Of a stretch of DNA of 64,000 nt, positions 10,763-20,725 are shown in pieces. Source of the stretch: an uncultured Bifidobacteriaceae bacterium (GTDB taxonomy: Bacteria > Bacteroidota > Bacteroidia > Chitinophagales > UBA10324); NCBI GenBank assembly GCA_964640655.1, contig CAZXFT010000012.1, forward strand, positions 32,191 to 96,190, read 5' to 3'. The translations under genes were made by a program, and so were the position numbers. Within the stretch, counting starts at the first letter, position 1, and the number at the start of each line of letters is the position of its first letter. Under the pieces are notes generated by a model. That model worked only from the letters and a program-made list of their open reading frames with translations. It was not told the DNA's origin and made no database searches.

Positions 10763-13468
10763 TTATTTATAATTACTGTCAAAGAATGCCATGTATAAAT
10801 CGAGGTTCTTTGTTTTAAAAAACGTACTGAAATTTTTATCGTCGATGATAAAAACGTGATATGTGGTTTCCACAGCATCAAACAATGTTTCTTTGGCCAG
10901 TATCTCGTTATAATAGATCATAGCTTGCTGGCTACTCTTGAATTGTTTCACTAATACCATCTGCCTGGTTTCATCTAGAAGCATCGTATTTACTTTCAAA
11001 TTTTCGGACGAACGGTTTTTGCTGTTGTGTTGTATCAATGAGTCGGCAATAGCTTTGTTACTACTTTTTATCTCATCAAACATCACCACTATGAACTGCG
11101 ATGCGTTGGCTTTATATTCATAATCGCTTTTTGAAGGGGCATCGTTTACTTTCTTCACCGGTTCGTTCTTTGTCGTTTTTTCAAGCATAGCCAGTATCTC
11201 TTTAGCCTTTACATTCTCCTCGCCACTAGGGTACTTTAATACAAACATGGTTAACTCGGTTTTCAATGAATCTTTGCCTTTGGTTTGAGCTATGGCAAAG
11301 GCACGTAGCAATTCGAACTTGGGCATGAAAACCGATCTGTTAAAAACCTTCCTGGCGGAGTCTGCTGCAACAATCACTTTAGGATATTGACTTTGATTAT
11401 ACATGCGGTAAGTATAATTATAATACTTTTCGACAACGTCAACTTTATTGGTTTGTTCTATTTGTGAGTTAGGGTTAAGCAGATATTTAGTAAATGTATT
11501 ATCCGGATATTCAGAGGATAGTTTATTCTTGACAGCTTCGGCTTTTGCTGCGTCGGGTTTTCGATTATAGAGTATGTATAACTGATACAAAGCCTGGGGT
11601 TCAAAAGAGTTTTTAGGGTATCTGTCAATTAGTTTTTCGAAATACTCAATAGCTTTTTTATCATTCTGAAGATCTTCCTTAAATATTGTACCCGCAGCGT
11701 AGTATGCACCGGTAAGTCGTTGTAGGGACTTCTCCATCTTTTCAGGAGTAAGGGGTAGGCCTGCTTCTAAATCAGAAATAGTTAATTGCTTCTCTTCTTT
11801 CTTTTTGATTTGAGATGAATCGATATCTGAATTCATATCCGACATCTTGTTAGATCTGCGCCAATTGTCTTCAAGTTTTCTTGTACCCCAGTCCTTTAAG
11901 AATTCGTTATAACCATTTGCCCGCTGAACAGGATTATAGAAATAAAAAGTTGAGCCTTGTTGTGATTGGTTTCCTGCACCGGTTTGTATTTTGTTGAGTT
12001 GATTTTTTTTCTGCTCTTCTAATTGTTTTTGTTTTTCAATCTGAATTAAAGCCTTTTGTAAAGCAGACTTACGCTGACTCTCACTCATGTTTGCCAGGGC
12101 TATCACGCTATCTTCATCGTGAATTATGGTTAATTGCTTTACAAGATTAGAAAGAATAGAACTACGGCTTTGTATAGCATTCAAATCATCATAGGATTTG
12201 GAGATAAATTGTAAAGTACTGTCGTAGTATATTTTGGAAGGTTTGTATTGTTGTGCATTAAAAGTCAACTCTCCCATTTTCAAAAAGCTCAATCCTTTTT
12301 GGTGATTGTTATTAACACTTGAGTTCACTGACAGTTGCAGGTAATCCATGGCTTTATCTTTATCGTTTTGCACAAGATAAACTTCTGCCATGGTATAGTA
12401 AATCTGGTCGAGGAACTCTTCGTATTTCGAGTCGCGCTCCATCTTTTCCAATATTTCCAGAACTTCCTTAACCTGAGTTTTTCCTTTCCCTGTAAAAGAC
12501 TTAGCAATGTTAATTCGGGCATTGAAATCCATCTTGTAATCAGGATGCAAGGTGAGTACTTCTTTAAAAGACTTTATTGATTTGTCTGAGTTGCCAGTAA
12601 TCTGATACAATTGAGCTAGAATAAACACATAGCGGCGGCGCTGTGCTTTATTACTAGTCATAGCTATGGCGTGTATCAATGGTCTGATAGCTTCTTTATA
12701 GCGCTGCTGATCAATCATCATTTGTGCATAGCTAGCTTCTAGCAAGGCACGATATTTAAAAGTGAAGTCATAATTTTTCTCCACCATTTTAATGATGGTT
12801 TCGGCTTCATAATACTTTTTTATTTTGATGTAGCAGGTAACCAGCCACATTACAGCTTCATCTTTTACAGGTTGGTGTTTTAAAAAAGTTTGACTCAAAG
12901 AAGCTTTTGGTTTTAACCAAGGGAGTTTAACACCATCGTACTCCAACTTTTTACCTTTTTGGTTTCGCACGGTAACCTGCTTCTTATTCTTGGGAAGTCT
13001 GTATGAACCAACGATATATTGAAAAGACTGCAAAGCACTTTCGTAATCTTTTTTTAGGTAGTATGCCTTGCCAATCATCAGGTTGCAATCGTCCACCCAT
13101 TTACTCTTAGTATGAATTTTATTGGATACAGTCAGGCGTGAAATAATGGAGTCAATATCCGGAATGGAAGCTCCAGTGGCCAACTCATTTTTATCGATGG
13201 GGAGTAATTTGGAATAATCGTCCTGCAGAGAATTATTGATACCGCGCTGCCCGGCATTCATCTTACTGTTGGCATTATAATAGGCATTATACCGGTGCAC
13301 CGTATTATGAAATATTCTGCCTATCAGACTATACCTTGATTGACTGTAAGTTTGAGTAGGCAGCAAAATAGTAGAGCTGATAACCGATAATAAAATAATA
13401 ATGCCTGTAGCTCTTTGCTTCAATTTGTTATGGTTTTCTATATTACGCTCGCTTTTCGATGAAGACAT
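10763..13468 (-). CDS. sprE: T9SS/gliding-associated TPR protein PorW/SprE
   Basis: YNAYYNA, SKWVDD..L.IGKAYY, TPR repeats, FYFYNP...WG.RKLEDNWRRSNK signature; neighbourhood with M23 and bactofilin. Confidence 0.8.
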   Translation of the reverse strand: MSSSKSERNIENHNKLKQRATGIIILLSVISSTILLPTQTYSQSRYSLIGRIFHNTVHRYNAYYNANSKMNAGQRGINNSLQDDYSKLLPIDKNELATGASIPDIDSIISRLTVSNKIHTKSKWVDDCNLMIGKAYYLKKDYESALQSFQYIVGSYRLPKNKKQVTVRNQKGKKLEYDGVKLPWLKPKASLSQTFLKHQPVKDEAVMWLVTCYIKIKKYYEAETIIKMVEKNYDFTFKYRALLEASYAQMMIDQQRYKEAIRPLIHAIAMTSNKAQRRRYVFILAQLYQITGNSDKSIKSFKEVLTLHPDYKMDFNARINIAKSFTGKGKTQVKEVLEILEKMERDSKYEEFLDQIYYTMAEVYLVQNDKDKAMDYLQLSVNSSVNNNHQKGLSFLKMGELTFNAQQYKPSKIYYDSTLQFISKSYDDLNAIQSRSSILSNLVKQLTIIHDEDSVIALANMSESQRKSALQKALIQIEKQKQLEEQKKNQLNKIQTGAGNQSQQGSTFYFYNPVQRANGYNEFLKDWGTRKLEDNWRRSNKMSDMNSDIDSSQIKKKEEKQLTISDLEAGLPLTPEKMEKSLQRLTGAYYAAGTIFKEDLQNDKKAIEYFEKLIDRYPKNSFEPQALYQLYILYNRKPDAAKAEAVKNKLSSEYPDNTFTKYLLNPNSQIEQTNKVDVVEKYYNYTYRMYNQSQYPKVIVAADSARKVFNRSVFMPKFELLRAFAIAQTKGKDSLKTELTMFVLKYPSGEENVKAKEILAMLEKTTKNEPVKKVNDAPSKSDYEYKANASQFIVVMFDEIKSSNKAIADSLIQHNSKNRSSENLKVNTMLLDETRQMVLVKQFKSSQQAMIYYNEILAKETLFDAVETTYHVFIIDDKNFSTFFKTKNLDLYMAFFDSNYK

Positions 13469-13522
13469 GTAAGTTTTGACGGCAAAAAGTCATACCCCGT
13501 TAGAATTCATCCTGCTTAACGA

Positions 13523-13530
13523 CAAAAGTA
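13523..13530 (-). promoter_or_regulatory. Bacteroidota housekeeping-sigma -7 element (TACTTTTG) for sprE-mrcA
   Basis: Exact TAnnTTTG match 54 nt upstream of the ORF start. Confidence 0.55.
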
Positions 13531-13582
13531 TTTTAAAATTTCATTTTACTTCCCAAAGGAATCAACACCGTAATATTGTATA

Positions 13583-14482
13583 ATGGACGATTCGGCTAAA
13601 GAGAATACAGGCTGGCTAAAACGACTCACTAACAAGTACCGATTGGTGATTTTGAACGACGAATCATTTGAAGAAGTCAGTTCGTTTCGGCTCTCCCGTT
13701 TTAATGTTTACATTTTTCTCAGCACCATCTTTATTCTACTCATATTTCTGATTACGTCAGTTTTGGTCTTTACCCCATTAAAAGAATATATACCCGGTTA
13801 CACCGGTAGTGATTACCGCAACGATATAGTGGCTTTGCAACTTAGAGCAGATTCTTTGGAGAATGAATCAAAAGCTACCGATTTGTATTTGAACAATTTG
13901 TTGCAGATAGTGCATGGAAATGCTCCGGTTATCAAAATTGATACTCCGGTAATTGATTTAAACACCGCAAAAAAAAATTATGACACCATCAACCTTAAAT
14001 CAGTTTCAGGTAATGAGAAAAAGCTACGTGGACAAATGGAGAGCGAAAGCAGCTACAGTCTCGGGCTTAACTTATCTCTGAATAATGCTCCCGGGCAAAC
14101 CAACCTGAGGAGCTATTACTTTTTTCCACCTATTAAAGGATATGTAACCGACGAATTTGATCCCAAAAGAGACCACTACGGAGTTGATGTGGTAGCACCT
14201 GAAAACGAGGCCATTAAAGCCTGTATGGACGGCGTGGTCTTGTTCTCGGCCTGGACCAGTGAAACAGGTTATGTCATAGCCTTGCAGCACCGTAATAATT
14301 TAATATCTTTGTACAAGCATAATTCGGTATTACTCAAGAAGGAAGGCAGTTATGTGCATGCAGGAGACGTGATAGCCATTATTGGGAATACCGGAGAGCA
14401 TTCAACGGGGCCTCACTTGCACTTTGAGATATGGTACAACGGCATCCCGCTGAACCCAAAGGATTACATAGTTTTCAAATAA
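13583..14482 (+). CDS. M23 family metallopeptidase
   Basis: HYGVD, YKHNS, STGPHLHFE; N-terminal TM helix and coiled coil. Confidence 0.93.
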   Translation: MDDSAKENTGWLKRLTNKYRLVILNDESFEEVSSFRLSRFNVYIFLSTIFILLIFLITSVLVFTPLKEYIPGYTGSDYRNDIVALQLRADSLENESKATDLYLNNLLQIVHGNAPVIKIDTPVIDLNTAKKNYDTINLKSVSGNEKKLRGQMESESSYSLGLNLSLNNAPGQTNLRSYYFFPPIKGYVTDEFDPKRDHYGVDVVAPENEAIKACMDGVVLFSAWTSETGYVIALQHRNNLISLYKHNSVLLKKEGSYVHAGDVIAIIGNTGEHSTGPHLHFEIWYNGIPLNPKDYIVFK

Positions 14483-14499
14483 AGTAGTGATTCATTAAA

Positions 14500-14937
14500 A
14501 TGTTTAACAAAAAGAACGATATGTCAGACAGCAACAACATTAAGACTCAGGTGACCAATGGCCCCATTCTAAACATCATTGGCTCAGGCACTCGTATTGA
14601 AGGTGCCATAGTTTGTGATGGCGACATCCGCGTTGATGGCTCTGTAAAAGGAACTATCACCAGCAAAGCAAAAATTGTCATAGGCCCAACCGGCTCTGTG
14701 GAGGGTGATTTGTTTTGTGAAAATGCTGACGTAAGTGGTAAAATTTTTGGTTCAATTGAAGTAACCGAACTGTTGTTTATGAAGTCAACCTCATATCTTG
14801 AAGGTGATATCACGACAACCAAATTTGTAGTGGAAGCAGGCGCCAAGTTCAACGGTAACTGCCGCATGGGGGTTAAAGAAATTAAGCCTAACGAAAAACC
14901 AAATACCGCGCAGGTTAAGCAAAAAGAAGCGGTATGA
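14500..14937 (+). CDS. Bactofilin (polymer-forming cytoskeletal protein)
   Basis: IIGSGTRIEG...DIRVDG.V.G.I...VEAGAKFNG.C.M beta-helix; follows M23 gene. Confidence 0.92.
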   Translation: MFNKKNDMSDSNNIKTQVTNGPILNIIGSGTRIEGAIVCDGDIRVDGSVKGTITSKAKIVIGPTGSVEGDLFCENADVSGKIFGSIEVTELLFMKSTSYLEGDITTTKFVVEAGAKFNGNCRMGVKEIKPNEKPNTAQVKQKEAV

Positions 14938-15122
14938 AGAACGAGTGGATGAAATATTCATCACTCGCATTTCAAATCGTTGGTACTATGATTGCCGGCA
15001 TTGCCGGTGGTTACTATCTTGATAAATACTTAAACACTTCTCCTGTCTTTTTGATGTCTTTGTTGATTATTGCGGTTATTGCCGTGCTCGTGATTATTAT
15101 TAAAACTTCTTCAAAACCCTGA
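14934..15122 (+). CDS. AtpZ/AtpI family small membrane protein
   Basis: W.KYSSLAFQ...GGYYLDKY two-TM pattern. Confidence 0.75.
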   Translation: MKNEWMKYSSLAFQIVGTMIAGIAGGYYLDKYLNTSPVFLMSLLIIAVIAVLVIIIKTSSKP

Positions 15123-15506
15123 ATGTCGTTTTATATCCGCTTACTGTTATTGTGTTTAGTATTGGTAGCAATATGTGCAATTGTTCAATTCAGCAATAGC
15201 AGTTCATTCATAAATACTTTTGCTTATAGCAGCATAGCCTTTTTTGCTATAGTAACTGCGTTGATTCATTTCATTGCTCGGCGCAGTATTGCCGGTAACA
15301 ATCATCGCCGCTTCAGTACAGCTATTATGGGTGGTATGACAATCAAACTTTTTTCCTCTGCATTATTTGTGCTCATTTACTCATTATTCAAAAAACCGGA
15401 GAGCATTATCATTATCATTCCCTTTTTTATTTTCTACATCAGCTTCACTGTTCTTGAAGTGATGGAGTTTATGCGCTTGAATAAAATGCTTCAAGAGAAA
15501 AAATAA
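15123..15506 (+). CDS. Four-TM membrane protein (AtpI-like partner)
   Basis: 4 hydrophobic helices, F...MGGM.IKL, PFFIFY..F...EV; follows AtpZ-like gene. Confidence 0.55.
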   Translation: MSFYIRLLLLCLVLVAICAIVQFSNSSSFINTFAYSSIAFFAIVTALIHFIARRSIAGNNHRRFSTAIMGGMTIKLFSSALFVLIYSLFKKPESIIIIIPFFIFYISFTVLEVMEFMRLNKMLQEKK

Positions 15507-15516
15507 TCAATTAAAA

Positions 15517-16173
15517 GTGACACGCGAAGAACATTTGAGAATGATGCTCAGTAATAAGTTGATGCAGTATGTTCCCGAAGCAACAATTCCCCTGATAGTC
15601 AACTGGATGATGGAGTATAAAATTCATCTTACACTAACCCCGCAACGAAGCAGTAAGTATGGTGATTACCGGCATCCACACGGTAATAAAGGTCATCGAA
15701 TCTCAGTCAATAAGAATTTGAACCGCTTTGCATTTCTGATTACATTGGTTCACGAAGTGGCTCACCTAAAATGCTGGATGAAACATAGAAATTCTGTTGC
15801 GGCACACGGGCAGGAGTGGAAAATGATATTTACTCAATTGTTAATTCCGTTTATTGAGTTACATATTTTCCCTGACGATGTCAAATCAGCATTAATCAAG
15901 TATGCACAATCTCCGGCGGCATCGACGTGTTCCGATGAAAGATTAATGCGTGCTCTGGCCAATTATAACAGAATTAAATTACCACGTGTTGAAGAACTTG
16001 CCGAAGAAGCCTTATTTAGAACCATCAATGGTAGACTTTTTCAAAAAGGTGAGGTTATTCGTAAACGTATTCGCTGTGTTGAAGTTCATACCAAACGTAC
16101 ATTTCTGTTTCATCCATTAGCTGAGGTTGTTCCAAACGAAAATTTTGAGATTTGGATTAAGACTCAAGATTGA
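15517..16173 (+). CDS. SprT-like zinc metalloprotease
   Basis: R.SKYGDYR, TLVHEVAH (HExxH), HGQEWK. Confidence 0.88.
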   Translation: MTREEHLRMMLSNKLMQYVPEATIPLIVNWMMEYKIHLTLTPQRSSKYGDYRHPHGNKGHRISVNKNLNRFAFLITLVHEVAHLKCWMKHRNSVAAHGQEWKMIFTQLLIPFIELHIFPDDVKSALIKYAQSPAASTCSDERLMRALANYNRIKLPRVEELAEEALFRTINGRLFQKGEVIRKRIRCVEVHTKRTFLFHPLAEVVPNENFEIWIKTQD

Positions 16174-16189
16174 ACGATTTCAATTTCTC

Positions 16190-16197
16190 TACATTTG
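16190..16197 (+). promoter_or_regulatory. -7 element TACATTTG for tyrS
   Basis: Exact TAnnTTTG, 7 nt before ATG 16205. Confidence 0.6.
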
Positions 16198-16204
16198 CGA
16201 TGCT

Positions 16205-17491
16205 ATGAGCACAAACCCTTTTATTGAAGAACTGCGTTGGCGCGGTATGCTGCACGAATTGACACCAGGTGTAGAGGAGCAACTTAACAAAGAATGCACT
16301 GCTGGCTATGTAGGTTTCGACCCTACATCAGATTCACTGGGCATTGGCAATCTTGTTCCAATACTTTTGCTTAAACATTTACAGCGTCATGGACACAAAC
16401 CCATAGCCTTAGTTGGTGGTGCTACCGGTATGATTGGTGATCCTTCGGGTAAGTCGGCTGAAAGAAATTTGTTGAGTGAAGAACAAATTAAGTATAATGT
16501 AGAATGCCAGAAGAAACAACTTCAAAAGTTTTTAAAGTTTGGTGAAGGTAAAACCGATGCGGAGATGGTGAACAACTACGATTGGTTTAGGGAGATGGGC
16601 TTTCTGCAATTTTTACGTGATGTTGGCAAGCACATCACCATCAGTTATATGATAGCAAAAGATTCGGTTCAAAACCGTCTCGAGACCGGCATTTCTTTCA
16701 CTGAATTTTCTTACCAGTTGCTTCAGGGTTATGATTATTATGTATTACATCAAAATAAAAATGTTCGCTTACAGTTAGGTGGTTCCGATCAATGGGGTAA
16801 TATGACGACAGGAACCGAACTGATTCGTCGCAAATGCGGCGGTGATGCATATGCAATTACCTGCCCTTTGATAACTAAAGCTGATGGAACAAAATTCGGT
16901 AAAACTGAAAGTGGCAACATTTTTCTTGACCCTAAAAAAACATCACCGTATAAATTTTATCAGTATTGGTTGAATGCCGCAGATGAAGATGCATTGCGTT
17001 ATCTGAAAACATTTACTTTCCTCACACAGGAGTCTATCAATCAATGTGCTGCTGAACATCAGGCTGCACCGCATACCCGTGCTATGCAGAAATTACTTGC
17101 CCGCGAAATAACCACATTAGTTCATTCAGCGGCAGATTATGAATTTGCTGTTAAGGCATCGGAGATTTTATTTGGACAAAGCACTGCTGAAGCATTAATG
17201 AATTTTAGCAATGCAGAGTTTGAGCAGATTTTTGAAGGTGTTCCATCAGCCAAAATATCAAGATCAGACCTGCATACTGGTATGGATGTACTTGAACTGC
17301 TAGCCGAGAAAACCGGGTTTCAACCTTCGCGCGGCGAAGCACGTCGAGGTATCCAAGGTAAAGGAATCAGCATCAACAAAAAAATTGTTGAAGCAGTGGA
17401 TACCAAAGTGCATACTGATATGCTGATCAATAACCGTTACCTGCTGTTACAGAAAGGGAAGAAAGCTTATTTCCTAGTAGTCGTGGAATAA
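16205..17491 (+). CDS. tyrS: Tyrosine--tRNA ligase
   Basis: YVGFDPT, GGATGMIGDPSG, FSYQLLQGYD, QLGGSDQWGN, KFGKT, C-terminal S4 domain; start moved to ATG 16205. Confidence 0.97.
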   Translation: MSTNPFIEELRWRGMLHELTPGVEEQLNKECTAGYVGFDPTSDSLGIGNLVPILLLKHLQRHGHKPIALVGGATGMIGDPSGKSAERNLLSEEQIKYNVECQKKQLQKFLKFGEGKTDAEMVNNYDWFREMGFLQFLRDVGKHITISYMIAKDSVQNRLETGISFTEFSYQLLQGYDYYVLHQNKNVRLQLGGSDQWGNMTTGTELIRRKCGGDAYAITCPLITKADGTKFGKTESGNIFLDPKKTSPYKFYQYWLNAADEDALRYLKTFTFLTQESINQCAAEHQAAPHTRAMQKLLAREITTLVHSAADYEFAVKASEILFGQSTAEALMNFSNAEFEQIFEGVPSAKISRSDLHTGMDVLELLAEKTGFQPSRGEARRGIQGKGISINKKIVEAVDTKVHTDMLINNRYLLLQKGKKAYFLVVVE

Positions 17492-18238
17492 CTATTTCAT
17501 GTTCCAGTGATGTGCTAACTCGGCATTTATCACTTTGTAAGTTTTTTCTTTCAGTTGATCTAAATCAGCTATGGTCATACCTGTAGTATCAATAGGCTCA
17601 TGTACCACAATACGCAATCTGCCGGGCTTTCCATAAATTTTTTTGTCAACATACAGTCGATTCCAGTTGTCAACAAAGGTTACAGGTAATACAGGAGTTT
17701 GTTTTTCGATTGCCAGCTTGAATGGTCCGTTTTTAAAGCGTAAGAGATGTGGAGGATGCGCACCTATAGTGCCTTCAGGAAAAATCACCAAAGAAAAGTT
17801 GTTGTCAATGCTTTCTTCTGACTGTTTGATGGCTTTGTAAGCTGCAGCTTTATTTCCCCTGTCAACTGGTATGTCTATGGTTTTAAAAAAAATATTGAAA
17901 ATCGGAATATAGCTCAGTTCCACCTTAGCCATAAAGCGAATGTTGTAATGACCTATAAGCACAGCCGTTGGTATATCCAGATAGGAAAAATGATTTGGAC
18001 AAATGATGTAGGGTTTATTTTTCTTAGGCTTATAACGATATTCAACACGATAGGTCAACCCTGTTAAAAAGAAAACAGCTCTGGCCCATAGCTCGCGCAG
18101 TTGATTGGCTTTTGAAAAATGTTTATCATTTCTCAAAAAAATCAGAAAAAATGGATAGCATAGAAAGAAGAACAGGATAAATACAAAGAAGTAATAGTAA
18201 CCCCACAATACTTTAAACGGATAACTGAAAGACTTCAT
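17492..18238 (-). CDS. plsC: 1-acyl-sn-glycerol-3-phosphate acyltransferase
   Basis: NHFSYLD (HxxxxD), FMAK, FPEGT, FKNGPF. Confidence 0.9.
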   Translation of the reverse strand: MKSFSYPFKVLWGYYYFFVFILFFFLCYPFFLIFLRNDKHFSKANQLRELWARAVFFLTGLTYRVEYRYKPKKNKPYIICPNHFSYLDIPTAVLIGHYNIRFMAKVELSYIPIFNIFFKTIDIPVDRGNKAAAYKAIKQSEESIDNNFSLVIFPEGTIGAHPPHLLRFKNGPFKLAIEKQTPVLPVTFVDNWNRLYVDKKIYGKPGRLRIVVHEPIDTTGMTIADLDQLKEKTYKVINAELAHHWNMK

Positions 18239-18316
18239 GCGCTAAAAATAAGAGGACAACTATATAATTATGATTTCTTATAACCCAGGTCTTAACAGGT
18301 ATGTGTTTGAATAAAC

Positions 18317-18324
18317 TATTTTTG
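18317..18324 (+). promoter_or_regulatory. -7 element TATTTTTG for trpS
   Basis: Exact TAnnTTTG, 8 nt before ATG 18333. Confidence 0.55.
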
Positions 18325-18332
18325 CCAGCTAT

Positions 18333-19328
18333 ATGGAAACAGTAGTCAGTGGAATTAGGCCAACAGGACATTTACATCTGGGCAATTACTTTGGAGCTGT
18401 GCGCAATTTTATACGCATGCAAAATGATTTTAACTGTTACTTCTTTGTAGCGGATTATCATTCGCTTACCACTCATCCACACCCTGAACACTTGCAAAAT
18501 TCAGTGAGAAGCGTACTGGCGGAATATTTAGCTTGCGGCTTAGACCCTGAAAAGTGTACATTATACATTCAAAGTGACTTACCCGAAACAGCTGAATTAT
18601 ACTTGCTGCTCAATATGCTTAGCTATGTCGGTGAGTTGGAGCGTTGCACCTCTTTTAAGGATAAAATACGTCAGCATCCTGATAACATTAACGCGGGACT
18701 TCTCACCTACCCCGTTCTAATGGCTGCCGATATCTTAATTCACAAAGCCATGAAAGTACCTGTTGGCAAAGATCAGGAACAACACCTCGAAATGGCTCGC
18801 AACTTTGCTCAGCGCTTCAATTACATGTATGGTTCAGAATTATTTCCACTACCTGTTGCTTTTAACTATTCCGATAATCTGATAAAAGTTCCCGGACTTG
18901 ACGGAAGCGGTAAGATGGGAAAGAGTGAAGGTGAAGGCAATGCCATTTTTATTACTGATGATGATGCAACAATTAAAAAGAAAGTGATGCGTGCTGTAAC
19001 CGATAGTGGACCTACTGCTCCCGACTCAGAAAAACCGGAAGCTATCAAGAACATATTCACATTAATGAGTCTTGTATCGAAACCGGATGTGTTACAAGAA
19101 TTTGATGCGGCATACAATAACTGTACTATTCGCTATGGAGATATGAAAAAGAAATTGACAGAGGACATGATATCTTTCATCACACCCATTCGTGAGCGTG
19201 TACAACAAATAGAAGCTGATGATGAATTATTGAAACGGGTAACAGAACTTGGAAAAGAAAAAGCTAAAGACAGTGCACGTAGAACTTTAATTGAAGTGCG
19301 CGGATTAATTGGGATGAGGGGATATTAA
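18333..19328 (+). CDS. trpS: Tryptophan--tRNA ligase
   Basis: SGIRPTGHLHLGNY, YPVLMAADIL, VPVGKDQEQH, KMGKS. Confidence 0.97.
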   Translation: METVVSGIRPTGHLHLGNYFGAVRNFIRMQNDFNCYFFVADYHSLTTHPHPEHLQNSVRSVLAEYLACGLDPEKCTLYIQSDLPETAELYLLLNMLSYVGELERCTSFKDKIRQHPDNINAGLLTYPVLMAADILIHKAMKVPVGKDQEQHLEMARNFAQRFNYMYGSELFPLPVAFNYSDNLIKVPGLDGSGKMGKSEGEGNAIFITDDDATIKKKVMRAVTDSGPTAPDSEKPEAIKNIFTLMSLVSKPDVLQEFDAAYNNCTIRYGDMKKKLTEDMISFITPIRERVQQIEADDELLKRVTELGKEKAKDSARRTLIEVRGLIGMRGY

Positions 19329-19999
19329 GACTTCTCTTCCTTCATCGTAAATACATACTGAATAATATTGGCTCCCATTTGTAATGCCTTAGTACGTTTT
19401 TCTTCAGGGTCATTATGTACGTCATCCCAACCATCACCTAGGTCCGTTTCAGTATTATAGAAGCATATCAAACGACCTTCATAGATCAATCCATAACCGC
19501 GTGGAGGTTTTCCATCGTGCTCATGAATCTTAGGCATACCATTCGGGAAATTATATTTCTGATGATAGATAGGATGAGAAAATGGCAATTCTATGAACTC
19601 TAGTTCAGGAAATATTTTTTTAAAAGCAGGACGTACATAAGGATCTAAACCATAATCGTCGTTCAAGATTAAAAAGCCTCCACCGATAAGATAATCACGC
19701 ATGTTAGCAGCTTCTGAATCAGTAAAAACCAAATTACCGTGACCGGTAACATATACAATAGGATAGTTGAAAATATCGCTGCTGCCACTTTCAATGGTTG
19801 CATATTCGGAGTTGAAGTTGGTTCCCAGATTTTTATTGCAAAATGTTGCAAGGTTCTTTAATGAATTAACATCGTTATACCAGTCGCCACCACCGCTGTA
19901 TTTGAGCAAGGCAAACTTGAGCGTTCCTTCGCGATTAATTGCATTACCCAATAACAAACCTGATGTAAGAATAGCAAAAAAGAAAAACACCTTTTTCAT
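19325..19999 (-). CDS. DUF4159 domain protein
   Basis: LKYSGGGDWY, YVTGHG, GGFLILNDDYG, PKIHEHD, DLGDGW. Confidence 0.85.
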   Translation of the reverse strand: MKKVFFFFAILTSGLLLGNAINREGTLKFALLKYSGGGDWYNDVNSLKNLATFCNKNLGTNFNSEYATIESGSSDIFNYPIVYVTGHGNLVFTDSEAANMRDYLIGGGFLILNDDYGLDPYVRPAFKKIFPELEFIELPFSHPIYHQKYNFPNGMPKIHEHDGKPPRGYGLIYEGRLICFYNTETDLGDGWDDVHNDPEEKRTKALQMGANIIQYVFTMKEEKS

Positions 20000-20032
20000 A
20001 ATGAAACAAAACTACACAAACGAAATGCTTAC

Positions 20033-20725
20033 TTAATTATTGATTCCCAACAAAACCGCTGCATAAATAGCAGCAGTTTCAGTTCGCAATACTCTAGATC
20101 CCAGACTCACCGCCTCATAACCGTGGTTCAGTATCTGTTTCATCTCATCTTCTGTAAAATCGCCTTCCGGGCCTATCAGTATACAGGTTGATTCTTGAGT
20201 CACAGATATATCCGACAACGATGAAGGTTTGTCCTGTGACAAGGCTGCCACATATTTTCTGCTAACTTCTGTTTGCTTAATAAACGAATCCAGCTTTATC
20301 AATGGATGAAGTACAGGTATAAATAAATTACGCGACTGTTTCACAGCAGCTACAGCTCGCATCATTAGTTTTTCCATATTTATTTTATCACGCTCGCACC
20401 TCGTAGTTCTTATAAATGTAATTTCTGTCACCCCCAACTCAGTCAACTTCTCAATCATAAACTCTAAACGGTCCATACTCTTGACAGGTACTACAGCAAT
20501 ATGTATACGATGGTTGATGTCCTGATGCATCACATGCTGAACAATAACTACGTCTGTCTTCTTCTTACTTACCGAGATCAGGCAGCATTGGTAAAGGTTT
20601 CCGCAACCATCGGTAATATGTATCATGTCCCCTACTACATGCCGCATTACGTGTATGCAATGGTGTGCCTCGCTTTCGGGCAATGATGATTCTGAACTTA
20701 TATGGGGGTGAAAATAAATTTCCAT
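20033..20725 (-). CDS. rsmE: 16S rRNA m3U1498 methyltransferase
   Basis: HHCIHVMR, EKLTELGV, LIGPEGDF, LGSRVLRTETA. Confidence 0.95.
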   Translation of the reverse strand: MEIYFHPHISSESSLPESEAHHCIHVMRHVVGDMIHITDGCGNLYQCCLISVSKKKTDVVIVQHVMHQDINHRIHIAVVPVKSMDRLEFMIEKLTELGVTEITFIRTTRCERDKINMEKLMMRAVAAVKQSRNLFIPVLHPLIKLDSFIKQTEVSRKYVAALSQDKPSSLSDISVTQESTCILIGPEGDFTEDEMKQILNHGYEAVSLGSRVLRTETAAIYAAVLLGINN

